This document shows positions 1 to 9,038 of a DNA stretch of 53,704 bases, piece after piece. This DNA is from an uncultured Myxococcales bacterium. Lineage in GTDB: Bacteria; UBA10199; 2-02-FULL-44-16; JAAZCA01. The DNA lies in NCBI GenBank assembly GCA_964480565.1, contig CAYZSU010000004.1, positions 1 to 53,704 on the forward strand, read 5' to 3'. Each line of letters begins with the position of its first letter. The first letter of the stretch is position 1. A program made the position numbers and the translations under genes. The notes under the pieces were generated by a model. That model ran no database searches, was not told the DNA's origin, and saw only the letters and a program-made list of their open reading frames with translations.

Positions 1-1723
1 CCGCAATAAGCAATCCACCTGCAATTAAAATATATCCAACGGGTGTCCAGGATGTAAATGCAGCCACTGCACCACCAACACCTGTTAATACGGAACTAGC
101 AATAAGATTATCATGGCTATTAATCAGCATTGCTTTTTGATACTCATTTAAATGCTTATCTTGCTCGATAGCATCAATTTGTTGAAGATGATAATAAATT
201 TGAAACCCACTGGTGATCATACTGGCACTGGCTATGAGTGTACGAATACCCAATGCGCCAAATTGATTAAAATAGACATTCACAGCCCCTTTGGCCTGTG
301 ATGCTTTATGTGCATAGTATAGCGCTGACCCTGAAAAACCACCCCATATAGCACTTGTGCCTAAATCCATTGCCGCACTTTGCACTCGATGAGATTTATT
401 AGGAATATCAACATCATCCTGCATATAATAGCCCAAGCGAATACCTGCAGATACCCCACTGAGTATATTTCCGACTAGGAACGTCCACTGACTGCCTCGC
501 AATCGGCTTGCCGCTTGTGAAAATTTTCTTGCAGCTGACGATGCAGCCCCTTTTGCAAATAAGATAGTGCCTATTGTATTTGTTAATCCAGAGCCTACCT
601 CCCCGATACTTGCGGTTTGAATAATCGGTGAGGATTTTTTATCTGAATTTATTAATTGCATGGATCCTGAATATACACGCGATAGTGACAATGCCGTTGC
701 GGCCCATGACCCAATGCTTTGAAAGCGTGACCCTGTTCGGTGAATTTGCTCAGATTTTATCTGAATCCGTTTTTGACCATCACGTTCTTGGCGAATTTCC
801 TGATGAAAATAGGGCTGATACAACTCTCCGCCAGGACCTTTAAACAGTGGATCCTTTGGATTAAGCATAAACGCTGCACCATTCACCTTATATTTTCCAA
901 TTCCATCCGCTGTACACCCAAACAAGCGCAACACTGGCTCGACATATACTTTTTGTATACCCATGCTATCTAAATTCGTACGCCCACGCTGATGTGGTAT
1001 TTTTTTCTCAGAATGAGGTTCAGTGCTTAAGCGAAAGGAGTAGGATTTGACCGGGTTATTCCCTTCCTGCAAAAATCCAGATGACGTGATATCCGTACTA
1101 TTTCGTATACTATTATTCTTACTCTTAGATGCCCACTCCATACCAGATCCCAATATATGGAACTCCGTATGACCGCATTCACGGGGAAGAGGCTGGCTAG
1201 TGTTGGATATTAACAGGGGTGACTGTTCCGTTGGATTTAACTGTTTACCTTTGAAATAGTTGGTACTGGATTGCTGAAGTGCTTTATATGGAGGGGGTTT
1301 TAATTGCTGACTACATGCACCCGATCCCTTGGTATCTATAAAAATTGTCATGCGGCATGCACAATTAAATTGATCGTCAATGGATTTTATTTGGGTTAAA
1401 TCATCTATACTACTGAGTTTTTGTGACCATTTTTGATGGCAGGAATCATCCCCACTAATTTTAATAACTGCTGTACTTTGGCATGTATTTTTTTCAATTG
1501 GTGCAAACATACGTGATATCACCAACTGTTGATGGGGCTCGGGTAATCCGTAAAGTTGAAATTGATTTTCTATGTCTCCGAGTAGTGATTGAATAGGTCT
1601 ATTATTTAATTGAAATTGAGTTCCAGGTTCATTATCGAATTTGGCATAGAACTGCCTATCCGGCGGGAATTTCGCTTCTACAGATGGTTTACGTTGGTTT
1701 TGACAAGCTGGTATTATACCCAT
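1..1723 (-). CDS. Large hypothetical protein, 3'-truncated by the window edge, with Gly/Ala-rich hydrophobic helices (possible pore-forming/translocation domain)
   Basis: Not in the ORF track. Manual reading finds no stop in this minus frame from 1789 to position 2. First ATG at 1723 (MGIIPACQNQRK...). Visible C-terminal part reads ...NLIASSVLTGVGGAVAAFTSWTPVGYILIAGGLLIA. A better RBS+ATG (AAGGAG, ATG 1793) lies one frame off. Confidence 0.75.
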   Translation of the reverse strand, partial: MGIIPACQNQRKPSVEAKFPPDRQFYAKFDNEPGTQFQLNNRPIQSLLGDIENQFQLYGLPEPHQQLVISRMFAPIEKNTCQSTAVIKISGDDSCHQKWSQKLSSIDDLTQIKSIDDQFNCACRMTIFIDTKGSGACSQQLKPPPYKALQQSSTNYFKGKQLNPTEQSPLLISNTSQPLPRECGHTEFHILGSGMEWASKSKNNSIRNSTDITSSGFLQEGNNPVKSYSFRLSTEPHSEKKIPHQRGRTNLDSMGIQKVYVEPVLRLFGCTADGIGKYKVNGAAFMLNPKDPLFKGPGGELYQPYFHQEIRQERDGQKRIQIKSEQIHRTGSRFQSIGSWAATALSLSRVYSGSMQLINSDKKSSPIIQTASIGEVGSGLTNTIGTILFAKGAASSAARKFSQAASRLRGSQWTFLVGNILSGVSAGIRLGYYMQDDVDIPNKSHRVQSAAMDLGTSAIWGGFSGSALYYAHKASQAKGAVNVYFNQFGALGIRTLIASASMITSGFQIYYHLQQIDAIEQDKHLNEYQKAMLINSHDNLIASSVLTGVGGAVAAFTSWTPVGYILIAGGLLIA

Positions 1724-1916
1724 CAGGAGGCTCACGTCAGTTTGTTTGTGTTGGGGATGTACCCGATTGATTGCCAAAAAATATGCGCGTCATGTGATGC
1801 TCCTTTTATTTAACAACCACTGATCAATCAATTAGTGAAGATGCGCGTATATCAGAGACATCTTATTTTGTCTATATTAAAAAATAAAATTGTATTGCCA
1901 AAGTAAAAATATTAGC

Positions 1917-2168
1917 ATTGAAACTATCCTCAAAACTAGCATTTAACCTCTTTCATAACCTCGATCTAAAAACGAGATATTGTACCAATACTGTGTCATT
2001 TGCGAAGAACAAAGTGACGACATAATCCCAAGATGGATCGCCACGTTGCCCGTCGGCCCCCTCGCGATGACAAACGGACCTGAAGTAAAGCAGACTGACC
2101 AAGCCTTCGAAAAAAGTCTATTAATGAAATAATACCAATCCTAAACGGGCATTCTTAATCACAGTCCT
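1917..2168 (+). mobile_element. Degenerate family-1 miniature element ends enclosing a family-2 REP-like cassette
   Basis: Left end gaaactatcctcaaaactagcattt and right end acgggcattcttaatcacagtcct loosely resemble the family-1 termini gggactgttgaaaaatagcaattt / atgggcgtttttcaacagcccc. Confidence 0.4.
1988..2116 (+). repeat. REP-like palindromic repeat (family 2, GTCAT..GCGA...CTCGCGATGAC type)
   Basis: Aligns over ~125 bp with the reverse complement of 41691-41820, sharing ctcgcgatgac, cctgaag and aaagcagactgaccaa. Confidence 0.85.
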
Positions 2169-2169
2169 C

Positions 2170-2685
2170 TTAACCATTCTCAAGTTCCAATAAATATTTT
2201 TTATTATCCAGCCCCCCGCCAAAACCAGTCAACGTCCCATTCTTACCTATCACGCGATGACAAGGCACAATAATTGAAATAGGATTTTTACCGTTTGCAC
2301 CACCCACAGCGCGCGCTTTTTTTGCATCACCCATTTGTTTTGCTTGGCAGCTATATGATATTGTTTTGCCATATGGAATTTTTGTTAATTGCGTCCATGC
2401 ATTTTTTTGAAATGACGTTCCTTCAAAACTAATGGGAATATCAAAGTACTTTCGTTTTTTCAAAAAATACTCTCGCAGTTGGTTTTGCGTGTCGTTAATA
2501 ATGGACTGTTTGTTTGATTTTTTTAAATTACTAAGAAGGTATTGAAATTCTCTATCATTTAATTCTTTTTTCCAAAGCACTGCATGCAATGCAGTATCTG
2601 AAGCGATCAGTATAAGCGTACCTACCGGTGTAATAATTTCATCCCACACACAATTCATAGGCAGCGCTTGCATCATCGTTAACAT
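2170..2685 (-). CDS. ogt: Methylated-DNA--protein-cysteine S-methyltransferase
   Basis: PCHRVI active-site motif, GTSFQ..W..L..IPYG and ARAVG..NGKNP motifs. Confidence 0.95.
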   Translation of the reverse strand: MLTMMQALPMNCVWDEIITPVGTLILIASDTALHAVLWKKELNDREFQYLLSNLKKSNKQSIINDTQNQLREYFLKKRKYFDIPISFEGTSFQKNAWTQLTKIPYGKTISYSCQAKQMGDAKKARAVGGANGKNPISIIVPCHRVIGKNGTLTGFGGGLDNKKYLLELENG

Positions 2686-2702
2686 AAGCCCCCTTATGGA
2701 AT

Positions 2703-4523
2703 TTACTTTGACCGCATACTCGCTTTACGTTGATGCGCATCCAAAATAATTTTACGAAGCCGAATGCTTTTTGGTGTCACCTCAACCACTTCATCATCCT
2801 TAATAAATTGAATGGCTTTTTCCAGCGACATCGGTTGCACTGGCGTTAAAAGAACGGCATCGTCTTTTCCCGATGCTCGCATATTGGTTAATTTTTTCGA
2901 ACGTGTTGGGTTCACTGGCAAATCACCACTTTTATTGCGTTCCCCAACGATCATCCCCTCATACACAGGATCGCCTGGTTGAATAAACAAAAGCCCGCGG
3001 TCTTCCAAATACCAAAGTCCGTATGCCACTGCATTTCCTGCGCGATCAGATACAATAGAACCTGTATGGCGGGTGTCAATATCACCTTTTAATTCTTCAT
3101 ACCCATCCAAACATGAATTTAAAATACCACTTCCTTTTGTATCCGTTAAAAATTCATTTCGAAATCCAATCAACCCACGCGAGGGGACACGAAATTCAAG
3201 TCGCGTTCGCGAACTAAGCGCCGATGAATCCATATGCATCATTACGCCTTTTCGTTGACCCAATTTTTCTGTCACCGCACCTGTAAATTCGCTATCCACA
3301 TCAACAACCACATATTCAATGGGCTCACATTTCTTCCCTTTAATTTCTTTAAAAAGAATCTGTGGTTTCCCCACACCTAACTCAAACCCTTCGCGACGCA
3401 TGGTTTCCACAAGCACTGCCAATTGAAACTCACCACGACCCTTGACAATAAAATGACCACTGTCCTCATCTCGCTCCACTTGAATGGCTACATTATACAG
3501 GGCCTCTTTTTGAAGGCGTTCATAAATACGTGAAGATTGCACATAAGTGCCTTCTTTTCCTGCAAGCGGCGAACTATTGACCATAAAGTACATGGCAATT
3601 GTCGGCTCATCCACTTTAATTCGCTTATATGCTTTGGGCATATCCTTATGGCAAATAGTATCGCCAATTTGAACATTTTCAACACCGGATAAAATCACAA
3701 TTTCACCTGGTCCAACCTCTTCCACTTCTTCGATTTGAATACCGTGATAGACTTGCAACTTTGAAATGCGAAGCGGCACTATTTTATCATCCTCTTGAAG
3801 GCAAACAAGCTCATGGTTCTTTTTTGCAGATCCATTCATCACTCGGCCAATCGCAGTACGACCCGTATAGTCGGAATAACCAATATTACAAACGATCATT
3901 TGGAACGGTTCTGCCTCATCAAATTTTGGTCCTGGAATTTCGTCAACAATTGCATCCATTAATGGAATTAAATCTGTTCCTTTTTCATTGGGATTAGCTG
4001 ACGCAATGCCATCCCGGCCAATGGCATAAAACACTGGAAATTCAATCTGTTCCTCGCTGGCACCAATATCAATATAGAGATCGTAAATTTCCTCGAGCAC
4101 TGCAAAGGAACGTGCATCTTTTCGATCAATCTTATTGAGAACAACAATGGTTTTGAGTTTTTGCTTGAGCGCTTTTTGCAATACAAATCGCGTTTGTGGA
4201 AGCACACCTTCAGCAGCATCCACAAGAAGAATTACACCATCCACCATAATCAAGGACCGCTCAACCTCACCGCCAAAATCCGCATGGCCCGGCGTATCGA
4301 TGATATTTATTTTTATGCCCTTATACTCGATGGAACAGTTCTTTGCCGCAATTGTAATACCGCGCTCGCGTTCAAGGTCCATACTATCCATCACGCGCTC
4401 GGCAACTTCTTGATTTTCTCGAAATAGACCGCTTTGCTGAAGCAGTTGATCAACAAGGGTGGTTTTACCATGATCCACATGGGCAATTACCGCAATATTT
4501 CTGATTTTAGTATTTGTTTTCAT
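2703..4523 (-). CDS. typA: Translational GTPase TypA/BipA
   Basis: AHVDHGKTT, RERGITI, DTPGHADFGGEVER, NKID, and BipA C-terminal KKLTNMRASG / EVTPKSIRLRK. Confidence 0.98.
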   Translation of the reverse strand: MKTNTKIRNIAVIAHVDHGKTTLVDQLLQQSGLFRENQEVAERVMDSMDLERERGITIAAKNCSIEYKGIKINIIDTPGHADFGGEVERSLIMVDGVILLVDAAEGVLPQTRFVLQKALKQKLKTIVVLNKIDRKDARSFAVLEEIYDLYIDIGASEEQIEFPVFYAIGRDGIASANPNEKGTDLIPLMDAIVDEIPGPKFDEAEPFQMIVCNIGYSDYTGRTAIGRVMNGSAKKNHELVCLQEDDKIVPLRISKLQVYHGIQIEEVEEVGPGEIVILSGVENVQIGDTICHKDMPKAYKRIKVDEPTIAMYFMVNSSPLAGKEGTYVQSSRIYERLQKEALYNVAIQVERDEDSGHFIVKGRGEFQLAVLVETMRREGFELGVGKPQILFKEIKGKKCEPIEYVVVDVDSEFTGAVTEKLGQRKGVMMHMDSSALSSRTRLEFRVPSRGLIGFRNEFLTDTKGSGILNSCLDGYEELKGDIDTRHTGSIVSDRAGNAVAYGLWYLEDRGLLFIQPGDPVYEGMIVGERNKSGDLPVNPTRSKKLTNMRASGKDDAVLLTPVQPMSLEKAIQFIKDDEVVEVTPKSIRLRKIILDAHQRKASMRSK

Positions 4524-4552
4524 TGTTTTTTCTCTTTTATGACGTTATTGCT

Positions 4553-4572
4553 CGTTTTCAACAGTCCAATAT
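4553..4572. repeat. Solo family-1 terminal inverted repeat upstream of typA
   Basis: cgttttcaacagtccaatat closely matches the right end of the 48255-48405 element (cgtttttcaacagccccaatat). Confidence 0.55.
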
Positions 4573-4660
4573 ATTATAGATGGCGGTGGTGGGTAACGTA
4601 AGAACTTATTATTGTCAATATGGAGTTTGCTCATTGTGATATAGACAATTTGTGGGATTG

Positions 4661-4945
4661 TGGAACTGGTGAAAAATAGCAATTTTAGGGGTTATTCAAA
4701 AATGTTCAGATTGCGTGGGCCTCTATCGAATTACGAACAGGTTTCAGGCATAAACAGCAACTATTATATTTTAACTGGTAATGTACGGGGCGCTTGATCA
4801 ACGTGAGTATTTGCATTATGAAAACACTCAAGTTGTCACAGCACTTTCGCAGCAAATTCAAAAATGGCAAAGACCATAAAAATATGATGCTGAATTGAAT
4901 TCACTGGTATGACATAGAAAAGGGACAGTCCAAAGTGATACCCAT
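4661..4945 (+). mobile_element. Family-1 miniature element, long variant with two internal insert modules
   Basis: Shares gaaaaatagcaatttt-gggg-tt-ttcaaaaatgttcagatt, gcgcttgatcaac, cagcaaattca and ctgaattgaatt with copies at 41309 and 48255. Confidence 0.85.
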
Positions 4946-5074
4946 TTAAGACAATACTTTCTTAATTTATATTGCATCAAACAAATAAGTCGTATAACAG
5001 TAAACTCTGAACTCTGAACTACGAAACACCATCGCCTAAGGGAAAAACATCCCAAACATCGCGGAGAATAGTTT

Positions 5075-6202
5075 ATGCTCACTACATTCAGACCCATGCA
5101 TCCAGCCATATTGGGACAATCAATCGGTATTAATCCAACACTCCATTGCATTCATTATGGCACACCTAAGCCTTCATTCGCTATTTCCACTCCAGTTACT
5201 TGCTATATCGATGATGGTACTCCAAGAGTTTCAGGTGGAACACGACCACTCCCTAGTCAATTGAACCTTTTTTCAATGACAACTCCTACCCCCCCCCAGC
5301 AACTTCAACAATCATTGGAGTCCAGTATCATTCAATATCTAGGTTATTTAAAATCCCCCACTGCCAATATTGAGCAGGCACTTGATATCATTTACAGTGA
5401 ATTAGAAACATTGCATAAACTATTTGATTATTTAGAAAAATATTTTAATATTTTTAAAAAAATGCATGAATGCGAATTTGGGTATCAATCCAGAAATATA
5501 TTAGCGACATGGACAAAAAAATACACATCCTTTTTAGTTGAGAAAATAGATCGCTGGGATTATTTTTTTGAGCGTGCGCAAGTGACGTTATTTAATCAAA
5601 TAGACCTTTTATCAAGGAATTCCACCATCCATCTGGTTCCACAAAAATTCGACTCGTTTTATGATGAGTTAATACAATCCACACATCCAATCACACGCAT
5701 TGCACGAAACAATCTATTGGCAACATTAAATAATTTATTACTTGCAAATGAAGATCAAACCATTCTAGCACACTCAACTCAATTAATATCATTGATTAAA
5801 GGGAATTCAAATCCTAAAGTTCCACAGATTGCCAGGCTATTGATTAATCAATTAACCCCCATTCTTCATAATTCCCATCCCATCCTTCATACTCTTAGAG
5901 CTATTGTAAATCGCCCAAAAAATATTAAGCAAACAATTATATCTGAATTAAAACAAGAAATAGCATATCATCATAAAGACACTGATCATTTAATTTCAAA
6001 GCTAAAGGATTGGATTGCATGTGCGGATATGGGGCAATCTATTTTTGGAGAAGCCCGCAGACTTATAAATTTTTTAGATTCATTAGATGACGATTTTTTT
6101 TACTATCAACGCACAATACCTATTTATGGCAGAATGGCGAGCGATTTAACCCAAAGAGTTTATAGTTGGCGCAATCAATGGTACCCACTTGATATTGACT
6201 AA
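5075..6202 (+). CDS. Hypothetical protein (Pro/Thr-rich N-terminus, helical body)
   Basis: 375-aa ORF with GGAGA RBS; no motif recognised. Confidence 0.7.
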   Translation: MLTTFRPMHPAILGQSIGINPTLHCIHYGTPKPSFAISTPVTCYIDDGTPRVSGGTRPLPSQLNLFSMTTPTPPQQLQQSLESSIIQYLGYLKSPTANIEQALDIIYSELETLHKLFDYLEKYFNIFKKMHECEFGYQSRNILATWTKKYTSFLVEKIDRWDYFFERAQVTLFNQIDLLSRNSTIHLVPQKFDSFYDELIQSTHPITRIARNNLLATLNNLLLANEDQTILAHSTQLISLIKGNSNPKVPQIARLLINQLTPILHNSHPILHTLRAIVNRPKNIKQTIISELKQEIAYHHKDTDHLISKLKDWIACADMGQSIFGEARRLINFLDSLDDDFFYYQRTIPIYGRMASDLTQRVYSWRNQWYPLDID

Positions 6203-6385
6203 GGGAGTGTTCTCAAAATGAATATTTTGGGAAGGACTCAAAAGTGTCCAGATGGTAAGAATTTCACAAACCTACTGGCACGCGCATCACGAAAGTACGT
6301 CAACAACTCATGAATGCAATGCTCCAAAAATACCGACAATTGATGTTCCTAAAGATCCTCTCTTAAATATTTTTAAATAACCCAT
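6203..6385 (+). repeat. Degenerate family-1 element
   Basis: gggagtgttctcaaaatgaatattttgggaaggactcaaaagtgtccagat resembles the family-1 left end. The interior is diverged. Confidence 0.45.
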
Positions 6386-6460
6386 TGAAAATAATCAACT
6401 GATTCGCTACTCTGCAAGACATAGATATTCAAATGGCAATGCCATCATTCGGAGATCATC

Positions 6461-7285
6461 ATGAAATGGATACTCATTCTTACAACTATACTCCTACATA
6501 CATATTCATTGGCATCCATAGCCATTATCGATCAACATGAACAAACACTGTGTAATATGAATCAAAATCCAGACTGTATATCGCAGACCTTATATACCTC
6601 ATTTCCACATGCCTATAAATCACCTGTATCCATATCCAATGATGGCCACACGGTGTTCATCATTGCACCCGTAAGTTGTTGCAGTGAACTAAGTAGCTAT
6701 ATCATCCATCAATCCAAAAATAGTTATGAAATAAAGCTATATGAAAAATATGGCAAGACCTGCAAAGGATGTGTGGGACAGCGATTAAAGAAGTTTACAA
6801 TCACATTCACCGAGCCCCTGTCATTATCACAACTAACAGTGCGCCATTATCAGGACCACAGTGATCATGTGGCATTGTTATACCCTGTGCCACCGCCAAA
6901 AAAGCAATTTAAGAATCAAGAGAAAATACAATTAAACAGACAAAAGGGATTACAATCAAAACGTGCGTCTATGAATATAAAAAGAAAGTGTGCAAATGAA
7001 CAAAAACAAATGAATTGCGATCATTGCCGTGGCGGACAAAGTAATACTGTGTATCTTTTTGGTGGTGAGCCAGGTACGGACTATACTCATACACTCCCTT
7101 CACAACAAACACATAAAGTATTTGGCTTTCATAATTATAGCCGATGCGTGTCCTGCTACAGTAATTATAGGCTTCGCCAAAAGGATGGCAGCGATAAACC
7201 CGTTAGTTGTCAGCAATTTTATCATGCATTAAAAAAAGCAAATGACTCGTGCCACAACTGTATTATTTCCCAGCGACATCGATAA
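6461..7285 (+). CDS. Secreted cysteine-rich hypothetical protein
   Basis: Signal-peptide-like N-terminus (MKWILILTTILLHTYSLA), GGAG RBS, CxxC pairs (CKGC, CDHC, CVSC, CHNC). Confidence 0.75.
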   Translation: MKWILILTTILLHTYSLASIAIIDQHEQTLCNMNQNPDCISQTLYTSFPHAYKSPVSISNDGHTVFIIAPVSCCSELSSYIIHQSKNSYEIKLYEKYGKTCKGCVGQRLKKFTITFTEPLSLSQLTVRHYQDHSDHVALLYPVPPPKKQFKNQEKIQLNRQKGLQSKRASMNIKRKCANEQKQMNCDHCRGGQSNTVYLFGGEPGTDYTHTLPSQQTHKVFGFHNYSRCVSCYSNYRLRQKDGSDKPVSCQQFYHALKKANDSCHNCIISQRHR

Positions 7286-7288
7286 TAG

Positions 7289-7921
7289 TTATAATGTAAT
7301 ATGCGAAATATGGGAAAGTGCCTGTTTGGCACTATCCAAATCATCCACACTTTCCACCGTTAAGGTCGATAATTCAGGCAATTGATTTAATATCGCAATA
7401 ATATCACCTGTTAGTGCAATAGGTGGCATATTGAGTTCTTTTAACGATGTTAGCATGGCAATGGATTTAGAAAATTCAAAATGTTCGCTAGTATCAATTA
7501 AGTTAAGCATTTCCAACTGCGATAAATTAACAATACTATCTGGTAATCGATGGATGGGATTTTCCTGAATAGACAATCGTCGTAATTTATGAAGCTGCCC
7601 CAACTCATCTGGCAACTGTGAAATACAATTTCGTTTGCCAAACCAATAGCCCAAATCAAGATCTTCCAATTGGGATAATCCTAAAATAGCGGCATTAACT
7701 TCTTTTAATGCATTGCTACTTAAATCCAATACCCGCAGCCAGCTCATTTGAAAAATAACATCTGGAATATAACTAAACTCATTTAAACTCAACAATAATG
7801 TATCGATATGAGTTAACCCTGCAAGCGAATTGGGCAAGTCAGAATAGTGGTTTTTACGGAGATCCAGTATTGTAATGTGCGGATTTTCTTTGGCAAATTG
7901 AATTTTCTCAATAATATCCAT
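7289..7921 (-). CDS. Leucine-rich repeat protein
   Basis: Repeated LxxLxLxxNxL/I motifs (LRVLDLSSNAL, LRRLSIQENPI). Start placed at ATG 7921 after GGAG; the ORF track extends to 7984. Confidence 0.9.
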   Translation of the reverse strand: MDIIEKIQFAKENPHITILDLRKNHYSDLPNSLAGLTHIDTLLLSLNEFSYIPDVIFQMSWLRVLDLSSNALKEVNAAILGLSQLEDLDLGYWFGKRNCISQLPDELGQLHKLRRLSIQENPIHRLPDSIVNLSQLEMLNLIDTSEHFEFSKSIAMLTSLKELNMPPIALTGDIIAILNQLPELSTLTVESVDDLDSAKQALSHISHITL

Positions 7922-8097
7922 AAACGCTCCAATCAAGGAATTTACACTGGTTATATCATTATTATCCGTATTAAACAATATCACAAATCAGATTGATTGC
8001 GACGCCTGCAAATGGAGTCATACGCGAATGAGTGTTTTTTGGATAACTTCATAATTCACTATTGTATTTCCAATAAAAATAGCTCATGGTTTAATTC

Positions 8098-9012
8098 ATG
8101 TTTTTTTCCCATAAACTCATCATTGTAAGTCATTATATTATTCTGTGCATCTTCTTAAGCGTTTTGGCTCATGGAAACACGAAGACAGCCGACTTACATG
8201 GAGATGGCCGAATCACCGTGTACAGTCCACATTTAAATCGCTATGCGCAAATTGAATTTCGAAACAACAATGTCATGCAACCCAATGGCATGGCCATGCT
8301 TTCCAAATTCATGCAACAAAAATCCCCTGAAAAATCGTCCATTGATATTCGGTTGATCAATTTATTGGATTATGTGGAAGATACGCTACAAACAAATGTC
8401 ATTGAACTTATGTCCTGCTATGAATCCAAACCATTGCCACGGTTACCTGATGCCAAAACTGTACACATGCATCCCAATCACGATAGCGGGCATGCATGTG
8501 ACATTCGTGCACATAATATATCTGCACGCGATATTGCTGCATTGCTAAAACAAACTCATTGCTGCGGCCTTGGTTTGTACGAGGATCAAAATAGCATTCA
8601 TATTGACACCCAACGCGACCACTATTGGGAAAATGTAAACTTAACAAAGCCAATTTATTATGGTACACAGCATAATCCCAATCATCGATGGGGATTGCTT
8701 AGCGAACAATCATTCTATCAAAATGCCGATGCCATTGTGTTTACAATCACAAATCAGCATTCTAAGGTGCAACATTTTTCACCCAAGCGATTTTGGATAC
8801 AGGCATTTCATCATGGCAATTGGATAAAAACACGTGTGCACACAGTAAAATATAGCGGTAAACGATTGAAATTTGGGCATTCGCGACCAATCAAATGGAT
8901 TATTCCGGAAAATATATCTCCTGGAAAATATCGTTTTATCACAGTCGTTAATCAGAAAGACCCGGAACCTGTATATTCCAATGAATTCTTTATTTTAAAA
9001 TCAAGCCAGTAA
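8098..9012 (+). CDS. YcbK/MepK-like (DUF882, peptidase M15) protein with C-terminal beta-rich (Ig-like) domain
   Basis: IDIRLINLL, H-x6-D (NHDSGHACD) and GLGLY....IHID zinc-ligand pattern. Hydrophobic N-terminus. C-terminal PGKYRF....VYSNEFFI. Confidence 0.75.
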   Translation: MFFSHKLIIVSHYIILCIFLSVLAHGNTKTADLHGDGRITVYSPHLNRYAQIEFRNNNVMQPNGMAMLSKFMQQKSPEKSSIDIRLINLLDYVEDTLQTNVIELMSCYESKPLPRLPDAKTVHMHPNHDSGHACDIRAHNISARDIAALLKQTHCCGLGLYEDQNSIHIDTQRDHYWENVNLTKPIYYGTQHNPNHRWGLLSEQSFYQNADAIVFTITNQHSKVQHFSPKRFWIQAFHHGNWIKTRVHTVKYSGKRLKFGHSRPIKWIIPENISPGKYRFITVVNQKDPEPVYSNEFFILKSSQ

Positions 9013-9038
9013 GGCCATTCCATTATTCGGAGACATAT

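Noticed and set aside
628-1813. Plus-strand short ORFs (628-843, 740-973, 1610-1813)
   Set aside because: Antisense to the long minus-strand ORF, with no recognisable motifs.
6461-7285. Multiheme cytochrome c call
   Set aside because: None of the CxxC pairs is followed by His.
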